Positions 53,016 to 64,000 of a stretch of DNA of 64,000 nucleotides are shown here, piece by piece (the first letter of the stretch is position 1; each line of letters opens with the position of its first letter). Position numbers and translations under genes: made by a program. The notes beneath the pieces were generated by a model. It saw only the letters and a program-made list of their open reading frames with translations. It was not told the DNA's origin and did not search any database. Source of the DNA: Octopus vulgaris (Eukaryota); NCBI GenBank assembly GCA_951406725.2, contig OX597834.1:34534001-34598000 (forward strand). The letters are read 5' to 3'.

Positions 53016-56000
53016 CATTGAACAAAATCAAAAAGCAACAAGTCAAGTTGAACTCAGTTCTAGAAACAATCAAAACACTCAGCCTGTTTATAGTGTTGCT
53101 ACTGCTTGCTCTTCTCCTCCAACCTTCAACATAGTGAATTTCAGGTTGAAAGCCAACTAAATTGCTCTCACCATATTGGAAAAAACTTGCTAAGGTTATG
53201 GACACTGATTCATTCCTTCCTCTAGCCTCAACGTACCACTTGTTCACTTGTTTCATCACTACTGAAGAGATAGAAAATAAGCTGACACCAGCAATATTTC
53301 AGCTGTGAATATAAAGGGGTGTAACTAAATACTGCAAAGCATTTTATCCAGTTCTGTACTGATTCAGCAATCCACTACCCTCTTGGACTAAACCATATTC
53401 AAACATAAAGTACCTATTTCTAGACAGATAGGAGCCATCAATGGCTTGGCGCTCAAACCAAGGAAGCAATACAATGCTAGTAGGGACAGGGTATGACATG
53501 CCAACATGTATAGCATAGATCAAGTACAGCTAGGGTACATCCTAGATTTGATATCAGATACCTAAAGTATACTCTGCATCAGATACAGCTAAAATACACC
53601 CTGCATCAAATATATTTCTACATGTTTCAGGGTTCAACTCTACTTTCATCAGAAGAACCAGATGAGAAATAAAACTTCTCCTGGATGGACATTGGATGTA
53701 TCATTCCTATTCCCAACAAATCAGACAATGTAGATTATAGTCTTCTGTCCTGAAACGCTCGCAGGGAATTTGAACTTATGACCTGCCACTCACTTTCTAT
53801 AAATCAGATACATCCCAGATTAGATAGTAAGGAGAAACTTCATTAATGGGATCATCAAGAATTGGCACTAAACAACAATAACAATATTTTGTAATTTAAT
53901 TATTAGACTAGAAACAGGCCAACAGCTCCTTAGGAGACAGTATGAGGTTTAACTTTTGATGTACAGCAGCCAACTATATTTATAGTGTTATACATATATA
54001 TATACATATATACACACACACATGTGCGTGTGCACAGATCTCAACACATACTCACACATTCTATTGTTCTACTGCACTCTGTGACCTGGAATCATCAATA
54101 AATTGTATTTTTAAATTTTGTCCCTCTTATTGTAGCCAATATTTTAAACCAATCTCATTCAAATGATTCACTGTTGGTAGAGAACAGTTATTAATATTTT
54201 GGATTGTCAGGTGTGTGTGTGTGTGTGTGTGTTAGTGTGTAAGGTACTAACACTTGATAGAGTCAGTAAAATACCAACACTTCAGTCAGTAAGGTACCAA
54301 TAACTGGCTGGGTCAACAAGGTACAAAGATCTTAGTCAAAGAATGAAGAGTTCATATTTTATTAACCAACCCCAGTGTGTGTTACAAGCACATTCTGCTT
54401 GTAATGGCTCAATCTGATGTTTATTAGGGAAGAAACAGCAAATTGCGATAACTGATATTCTGTTAGCTTACAGAGAAGCAGAGTTCAAACCATCCCATGG
54501 GTTGAAGAAGCTGATAGCAAATCACTCCAGTACATCTTCCCTTGAATAACACTACGTTCTTTTCAATGAGTTTAGTCCGGTTGAGAGAGGGGGGTGAAGA
54601 GAGCAAGGGGAAGAGAGAGAGAGAGAGAGAGAGAGAGGCAATGCCAATCGATCACTTTCATAGGCCATACTCATACACCCAGACAGGTAAGAGCATTGTG
54701 GATTTTTAACTTGAATATTTGTTAATCATGTCAATATTTGTGAGAAAAAGCAAATAGGTGGGGATGAACATAGAGAAGATGTCTTCAGTGGTACTCCAGA
54801 GCAACTTTACTGAGCAGTTTTATGAAGTGGGGAAAATAAAATGTACAACAACACAGATTTAACACTAAATAGACAATTAATAACATTTCAGCTGGATCAA
54901 ACGAAATCCCTTGTATGTATTGTGTATAAAGTTTATATTTAAGTGAAGTTACACAACGATTCCATCTCGATAAATGGTAAAGATGATAGTTTTATGCATA
55001 GCTATCAAGAATCTCTTCATACAGCAATTTCCAATCAGATTCTGTACAAACATTATTAACAGAAACATTTACAGAAGGGAGGAAAAAAAACAAACAGAAT
55101 TATAGCAGAAGGAGGAGGATGAATATTTATGAAGGATAAACAAAATAATCTACAAAGTCAGAAAAAGCTAAGTGAATGGGGGCATGTGTGTGTGTGTGTG
55201 TGTGTGTGTGTACACATGTGTATGCACATGTGTTTCTGTGTGCACATGAGGAAGTATGTGTTTGTGTGTGAAAGTGTGTGTTTGTGCATGTAGGGGCACA
55301 TGCCTGGGCACAATTATATCTGTGCATTTGTAGAGGTGAGTATGCATGTGTGTGTGTGTGCATGTATATATTTATATATGTAAATATATTTGAAACTGGG
55401 AGGTTTCAACAATTCCCAAAATAAATGCTTACTCTACAACTAACCTGTATTGAGTTCTCTCTACCTTAGAGGTAGTAGTACTGAGTACAACCCACAGTCT
55501 ATCATCATTATTTAAAGTCTGTCTTTCATGTTGGCATGAGTTGGACAGTTTTACAGGACCCAAGAAGCCAAAGGATTACACAGAGCTCCAAAATCTACTG
55601 TGGTATGATATGGTTTCTGTGGTTTTTAATGCCAACCACTTTACAGAGTGTAGTAAGTGATTTTTTTAAGACATGCACCAGTAGAGTTGCTAAGTATATT
55701 GCAAGACAAAGGAAAAAGAACCCCTCGACCAAGTAGGGTTGTAGTAAAGAAGGAGATGGCCTTATGTTAGTTGTTAAAAGGTTAAAGTATGACAGAAGGA
55801 CAGGGACAAATGTTTTGCCATAAAGGAGATGCATGAACTGTGACAAATGCTAGGACACCACTTGTTGCAAAGGTTTTAGTCACTCAGATGAATCCCAGTA
55901 CATATCTAAGTCTTATTTTATTGCTCTCTATTTATCAAATACAAACACACACACACACATAAAGTGATCAAGCAAGTTTCATATGTCAAAGTGTGGAGCA

Positions 56001-56929
56001 CTCAACATAATGAATATAGAGCTAACAAACTGAAAGCAGCCCATTGTAAGTATGTGTGTGTGTGTGTGTGTATCTCTGTGTGTCATTGTGTTTGTCCCCC
56101 ACCAACACTTGACAACTGGGGTTGGTTTGTTTCTGTATCTGTAACTAAGCAGTTTGGTATAAGTGTTTGGTATAGAATAAGTACCAGGCTGGAAAATAAT
56201 AAGTACTGGATTTGATTCATTTGATTAAAACCCTTCAAGGTGGTGCCCCAGTATGGCCACAGTCCAATGAGTGAAACAAGTAAAAGATAAAAGATAAAGT
56301 TTTTAAGGTAAAGAGAGAGAGAGAGAGAGAGAGAGAGACACACACACACGCAAGCCATCATCGTCAGCAGCAGCATTGTTTAATGTTCATATTCAATAGG
56401 AAGTGAGAAACCAAAGATGTGCATCAAACTCCAGTGTCTGCTTTGACATGGGTTTTACAGTTTCATGCCCTTCCTTCTGGCAACCACTTTACAGTGTGTA
56501 CTGGGTTTTTTTTTCCCCAAAGGCAGTAAAACTATTGAAGTCACCAAGTACTCACAACACAAGATCCCTCAACTGAGTGGAGTATAGTATTGAAGGGGGT
56601 GAAAGTATAACTGAGGGACAGAACAAGTGTCATGCTGAAGAGGATGTGTGTGTATGCGTATGTGTGTGTGTGTGTGTGTGTGTGTGCCTGTATTTACATA
56701 TGCATGTATGTATGTTGTTGATTGGGAGAGGGAGGCACAATACCGAGATAGATGGAGGAAGAGAGTGCACGGTGGTTGTTCAAGGTTTGAAAGAGAGAGA
56801 ATGAAGCATAAGAAGATTAGGAGAAGGCTTTGAAGGAATGAACCTGTGGAAAATGAGGGACTGTTGGTTTTTGTGTGTGTGGTTTGTGGGAGGAGGTGCT
56901 TGAGTTATGCGGGCCTGGTCAGCCATCAA

Positions 56930-57225
56930 GTAACTCACAGGAATCGACCCATGGTAAATTGTGATATGGCTCTTGTTCACAACAGAACATGTACAAGATG
57001 TGGAAAGGTGTTGGAGGATTAAAAAGTCATGTCAAAAGGGTTCATACTGTGGCACCTGTTCCTTCTGCCAGCCAGCACAGCAATACATTATGTAATAGAA
57101 TGTGCAAAACTTTTGCCAGGCTCAAGAGTCAAACAAGGGCCTCACATTGCATCAACATTGACTCATTTCAATGACTCTTTCTAGCAATGGCTTTGCTCAT
57201 ACACGAGAAAGCAGCTAAGATGTAT
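56930..57225 (+). mobile_element. Decayed RTE-type LINE 3' end with C2H2-like motifs
   Basis: GGLKSHVKRVH...CNRMCKTFARLKSQ followed by a short 3' tail that runs into a microsatellite. Confidence 0.55.
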
Positions 57226-57876
57226 ATGCATATATGTGTATGTGTGTATGTACATATATATATGTATACATATATATCAACTCATTTCATTATTTTCTTC
57301 TATCTAATTATCTAATTTCATTAGTTAGCTAATTACCACCCCACCCTACTATCTTATCAATCACAAGTCTGTTCATAAAACTCATCTCAACATTAAGCTG
57401 ATTTCAATTAACTCATCCGCTTTTTACTACTTTTATCAACAGCTTCCATTCTCCTCTCCTGGATTCCAATATTTCAACCAGCATTACAGAATTTACACCT
57501 GTTCTATTTCACACCTGTTCATGCTACAAACAACCTACCCCCACCAACTCCCCACCACCAATATAAACCCTTCCCAAAAAATCACTCCATAAAACATCTG
57601 CTCCAATGTTAACTGAAACTGATAGGGTTTTTTTTATAATTCTTTCATGTTTTTTTTTTCAACTGGTTACAGTTATAGGCCTATGGCTATGCTGGAGCAA
57701 CACTACTTTCAAGGTGTTTACTTGATCAAATCAACCCCAACACTTATTTCAGTCTAGTTTTTATTTTAACATTTTATCAATCAATTTTAATTGAATAACT
57801 ATGTAATAGTCTGAAATAATGGGTCATAACATTGGTTGATGACAAGAATGAACACACAGACATACATACACAACTG

Positions 57877-58078
57877 GCACTCTGTCGGTTACAACGAGGG
57901 TTCCAGCTGATCTGATGAATGGAGCAGCCTGCTCATGAAATTCACATACAAGTGACTGAGCACTCCACAGACACACGTACCTTTAACATAGTTCTCATGG
58001 AGATTCAGTGTGACACAGAATGTGATAAGGATGGCCTTTTAAATTAAAGGTACTGCTCGTTTTTGCCAGCTGAGTGGC
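57877..58078 (-). mobile_element. SINE 3' half (same family as 1-372 and 43205-43515)
   Basis: GCACTCTGTCGGTTACAACGAGGGTTCCAGCTGATC...GAGCACTCCACAGACAC. Confidence 0.8.
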
Positions 58079-58113
58079 ACATATATACAGGTGGACATAT
58101 ATACACACATATA

Positions 58114-58152
<39 letters not shown>

Positions 58153-60248
58153 CTTTAATCTACAAGAAAAAGGTTATGAAATCTTCTCTCACATCCCAAG
58201 AACCAATTCATCATGTGATGTCTTAGGTTAAGCTATATATCTCTCTTCATTCTTCAACACTTGCAATGCATTACACTACACTTCTTCCACACTTGCTGCC
58301 AATAAATCCTAACAACTGATAAATCACTAATTCTTCACATCTTTACTCATGATATTAAATAGAAATTGGTAAGTCATTGCATCTCAAAGACCTACCAACT
58401 CTCTTCAGTTAACACTGTTTGTAATAGTTGGCCCATCATCAAATTAACTGTTTGACTGCAAATAGCTTAACACAATTTATGGATTCTATCAGGAAATTAT
58501 GGTCTATTTACATGTTGCAGTTTAAGAAATGGCAAGACTTGTTGTGGTTACTCCAATGGAAGTTCAATGTTGAAAAATTTAAGTGAAATAGTAGAAAGGC
58601 TCTAAGTCAAATTGAATTAAGATTTGAAACTTCTGAGAACTTGGTCATGAGGATTATATCTCCAGTAAGTTTGGTAGAGCAGCTTGCATTCCATTCAGAA
58701 TATAGTCTCCCATCAAAAGCACTACTCTATGGGAACCAGTGATATGACTTCCACTTCACAATTAAACAGTTCACACTAGACAGGGTAAACAGATGGCAGA
58801 AATATACTTCTTTCATTCTTTCAAACCAAGAGAATTATCCAGTATAAAATTTAGGCGAATATCAAGCATCGAGAGTATAGTACACCTATCATCATCATCA
58901 TCATTGTTTAATGTCTGTTTTCCATGCTGGCATGAGATGGATAGATCAACAAGAACCAACAAGCCAGAGGACTGTGCCAAACAATAATGTCGGCTTTGGC
59001 ATGTTTTCAGTAAATCCCTTTTCCCTTTTAATATAATCTAACTTCCCTCTCAGATCCTCAATGATAAATCCTGGAAAACTGAAACAATCACATATGGATT
59101 TAATTTTCCTAATCCAGTACAATAATCAATGGATCTCCACGAATTTTATTGATGTGTATTCAGTTGTACAATCAACAGAGCTACTTTCTCATTGAATTAT
59201 ACAGTAAACAGTTGAGGATTCTACTGATACATATAACTTTAAATATAATTATCAAACAGAATCAGCATGACACAGGGTGATATGGTCAGATCATTGAAAT
59301 ACAGGCACAAACCAGCAGTCTTCTGCACAACTGCCATCCACCCAATTTCACTTACAAGGATTGGGTCAACTAGAGGCTATGGTGAAAATTACTGATGAAC
59401 AAGATCAACTTTCAAAACAAATGTGACTATTTAAATAGACTGGTCATACAGCAAAATAGATGACACATTACCAAACTGCCAGGTACATTTCAAACACACG
59501 CACAGGCTGGGATGATGGAATGTGTCACTTCAATAATAAACCAACATTCCATTGACAATCAGCTGTAGAAATAAATTTGATACAAAACATTCTACCATGA
59601 CATATTTATATAAATGTGAGTGCAGTTGGTATAAGCAAGCAACGCTGTGAGTTTACATGAAAAAAAAAACAAAGGTTCTAACACTACATATTGAGCCTCA
59701 AATATGTACACTAAACATGTATTTGAGTCGGGTATATCAATGATCAAATAAACACAAATAAAGTGAGTCTAAAACACCAAAACTTGAAGGCTAGCCCCAG
59801 CATGGCCATAATCCAATGGCTAAAGAAATAAAAGAATGAATATATATATGCAGCCTGATTTTAGAATAGGTACATCATATCCCTGCATGTTGTAAGAGGT
59901 GATTTAACAGGTTGCCATAAAGAAGAATATCTGGCTGTAAAAAGTCTCAAAAAGTTCTGTCCAATGCATATGAGCATGGAGGAGATGCAAAAATGATCAT
60001 GATGATTTAAGTAGCCATAATTTTCAATATATATCTATATATTATAAGCATACATACATTTATAAACCAGTATATCATAATTATGGCCTTAAAAAGAGTA
60101 TATATATTTTAAATTCTCCTCGTATATAAATATATAACACATCAACTTTGTCTCAAGTTAAAAGAACCATAATTAAATTTCATGTCAAAACAACTTTTTC
60201 CCCCTCCTTTAAAATATATAGTGACTACTATTATCATCGTCATCATTA

Positions 60249-60321
<73 letters not shown>

Positions 60322-61224
60322 GTCATCATTATTCTGCTATCTATTTTAATGTAAAATATTTCAATAGATTGACAGTAGTTAAGATTCTAAACTTTCATAG
60401 ATTATTTTTATTATACAGAGATTGAATGGAAAAAAAAAAAATTTTTTTTTTTTCAAATTGTATTTATATCAACTAATCTTAACTTTGAGACAAAACTAGT
60501 TTTACGTACAAACTTCTAAAATTACTTCGAAAACACTTTTAGGTAAAGTTGAAAATAAAATATATAAAGGCTTATGACAACAATGCCAGTTTATTTTAAT
60601 TAAACTTTGTAGGAGAGATTTCCTAACAATGCTTTTAACATTTTATTATTCATTCATTTACTTATTTATTGCCTGAATCTGAGACACAGAGAAGGTCTCA
60701 GAGAAACTGCAACAAGGGGAGGGTTCTTAGATTAAAATTGCATAAAAACCCAAGACGTGTGTGTGTGTGTATGATGATGATGATATATATATATATATAT
60801 GCATATTATGCATATGATATATACAGAAGATAGACAGACAGATAGATATGTATGCATAGATGTATGTATGTGAAATATACAGGTGTGTGCGTGTGTGTAT
60901 ACACTCACATTCATCATGTGATTAAAAAGAAGCTAAACATACACGTGTATTCACACACACACACACACACACACACATGCACACACACTGAGAACATCTA
61001 ATATATTTTTATTACCATAATATAATCCCTGAAGAAAAACAAATTTTTTTTAATTTCAACACAATAGAAAATAATATTGATTTCATTTCTAAAACTTAAT
61101 GGAAATCAATGTTGGAATAAATTCTTGCAGAGATTTGTAGTTCCTGAGTATTGGTTATTTAAACCAAGACACGGAAGGAAACATACACAAGACCCTAAAA
61201 CAAGGTGTACATACGTAAGTGCGA

Positions 61225-61259
<35 letters not shown>

Positions 61260-62994
61260 TGTGTGTGTGTGCAAGTATGTGTGCTGATGTAGATCAACAA
61301 AGGATGTAAGCAACAGTAAGAAAACCAAAGAAACAGAGTTTTACAAATGAAATTCATTGCTATATTTGTTTTGCACCTAGTTATAGACACAGCCTTCTGT
61401 TGCTTGGCATCTGAAATACATCGAGCCAGTGACTAACCCAGTGGAAACGTCTAATCAACAACACTATCGTTCACAATTTGTGATATCCAATGAATAAAAC
61501 ATATGCACACACATGAAACCAATGTAACCCGGTCGAGTCCATATCTGCTGTCTTCTACTCATTCCACCATCATTATTCTATCTTCTACATTATTCTACTG
61601 TTGTAATTAATAAAAGTATAACTTGATTATTACATATATCATTGCCTTTTCTGTTCTGCCAGTCATCACTCCCTCTTCCCTTAAGTAACTTCCTATTGCT
61701 CTCCATCCTTCATTCTTACCATTGAACCCCCTATTATTCAGCACTGGTTATCTTCACCCCTGTCCACTTATGACCACCACTACTCACTCTTGCCACTTTT
61801 ACCCACTTTTCCTGATCCTTCTGTCACTATACTATCATTTACTTGCACATGTTGCACTGGCGGCACACTCTACTCCTCAGCAGCAGCATCTTTATATCTC
61901 TTTCTAGCACCATTCCATCCATCCCACCTAAATATATATTGCAGGGTAGTCCTAAATATCCTCTTACTCAACCAACCTCCTAATCACTCTCAATAGCTCC
62001 TGATAATACTTTCTCTTTCCCTTCTATTACTCCCATCTCTAACACTTAGTTTTTCCACAGACACCCTCTGATAACAAACCTGCTCTTCCCATTATACTTT
62101 AACTTCTCAACATTTCACCCAAGTTACAAGGTCACCACACCAGTGCTATGGTTGCCACAGTACTTTCTGCTACAGTAGAAAGTGCTGTGCAGTAGAATGG
62201 AAACCAGCATCATGTGATTGTGAAGCAACTCACATCTTAACTCACATTCATAACTACAACTATGGAACTATATTCAAATGTATTTAGTCATTTGTAGAGA
62301 AAGAAATGTCAAGTTGGCTAAAGAAATTACCAAAAAAGAGAAAAAAGATCAAAATGACAAGGAGAAAGAAGAGATTGGTCAGTGAGAGAATCTGAGGCTG
62401 TTGTTGTTCCAGATTAGCTCTAATCCAGCTAAACTATAAGCAAAAGTGTTCCAGCTGTGAATATCTCCTCTTTGATTCACACATCATATTATCTAGTACT
62501 ACATTGTCAAATGTGCTACTTAACCCTTTTTTAAAGACAGTAGTCTAGTGTCTGAGGGAAATGAAGTAGCTATTTCACACAGGTAGAGTGACCACATAGT
62601 GAATCCTTTGTTGATTTATCTGATTAATCAACCTCATGAAATTGGTGCTAATTTGGCAAATGAGTCAATGGAGAACAATTATAACAAAATTTCTATCAAT
62701 AACAGGGAATAGAATATCAGAAACTGGGAAGTGTCAAATAAACTATATTGTGGTATTTAGTTACATTGTAATCTTTTATTCTTTTACTAGTTCCAGCTGC
62801 TGGGCTGTGGTCATGCTGGAGCACCACTTTCTAGCATTTTAGCATTTGCAGTCTGGATATTATTTTATTGATATCTATTGAATCAATGAGTTATGCTTTT
62901 TGACAGTTCTGGTATCACACAGATAAACAAACACAAATATGACAAGTCAGTCTCATTACAATATAGTGAAGGAAAAAACAATTTAATTAATAAT

Positions 62995-63205
62995 ACTTTC
63001 TAATTATGGCACAAGACCAGCAATTTTGAGGGGAAGGGAAGTCAATTATATCAACCATAGTGCTCAACTGGTACTTATTCTATTGACCCCAAAAAGATGA
63101 AAGCCAAAGTTGACCTCAGCAGCATTTGAACTCAGAACATAAAGAGCTGAAAGAAATGCTTGCTACTAAGCGTTTTGTCTGGTGTCGGAAGATTCTGCCA
63201 GCTTT
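62995..63205 (-). mobile_element. SINE family 'B', near full length
   Basis: Homologous to 1322-1470 and 6025-6255. Confidence 0.8.
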
Positions 63206-63841
63206 CATTACTATATTCTGGGTTCAAATACTGTTGGTGATAGGTTGATGATGGGAGGGAGAGAAGAATGAACTTTATTTTTAACCTTCAAAAGGTCAAT
63301 TAAATATGTACTCATAAATGTATTGGGGCTGATTGGTCTAATAAAAATTGACCATTTCTCTTGGAAAAATTAACACATTTATTAATTAAAAAAAGCTATG
63401 TGCTTAATTATATGAAAAAAAATCAATGTTACTACCCAAATATATATATGCTTCTTTTTTAATTAGGCAAGCACAAGAGCTGACCTAAATACTATTTTTA
63501 TTAAAAGGACATCAAATTCCAAACACACACACATACATAAATATAAATGAATGAATGTATGTGTGTGTATATGCATATATGCATACATACATACACAATG
63601 GAAGGCACTTATTATAATCATAGATAATATTACCAAATGGTTAATATCAAAATTAGAAGTACCAATTCTATGTTTAAAATGAATTATTAGCTGGTTATTG
63701 TTATCAAAAAAGCTTTGGCTCAAAGTGATCACACTAAGTGACTTCCAATAATATATACATGAGTGTGTGAATCTATGTATGTATGTGTGTGTGTATGTAC
63801 GTGTGCATGTGTGTATATATATATGTGTGTGTGTATGTATG

Positions 63842-63872
<31 letters not shown>

Positions 63873-63881
63873 TTGTATGTG

Positions 63882-63931
<50 letters not shown>

Positions 63932-64000
63932 CTTGTTCTGCTCTACTTTTGTGTCAGTCAAACTATCTACTGCACAAATACAAGACAGATAGGTAAGTTA

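Noticed and set aside
53095-53125. EKSKQ match as the missing SCAI exon
   Set aside because: It is immediately followed by a stop codon, with no LFNGL and no donor.

Overview
AT-rich, microsatellite- and repeat-dense eukaryotic genomic DNA. The tRNA-derived SINE families and the (TA)n/(CA)n/(AAT)n load suggest an Octopus (cephalopod) genome; this is inferred from repeat style only. Only two credible coding elements are present, both on the minus strand. The first is a 96-nt internal exon of SCAI at 1038-1133 (R-DLPQYGHKQWQSYFGRTFDVYTKLWKFQQQH-R); I could not find its upstream coding exon in the remaining ~63 kb, so most of the window is probably one large SCAI intron. The second is an intact, intronless 457-aa ORF at 30147-31520 with a C4 zinc knuckle, an 8-heptad leucine zipper and an SGNH esterase domain. 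That is the architecture of CR1/L2-type LINE ORF1p, but no ORF2 follows, making it the best candidate for a novel system: a domesticated LINE ORF1 esterase gene nested in SCAI. The rest comprises SINEs, RTE LINE 3' ends (one young, with a 12-bp TSD), a decayed Gypsy pol, hAT and piggyBac MITEs with exact TSDs, two perfect 45-47-bp hairpins embedded in (TA)n, degenerate hammerhead-like motifs and an ~845-bp (TA)n tract. Nearly all other ORFs in the track are microsatellite or repeat artefacts. Repeat boundaries are approximate unless TSDs are given.
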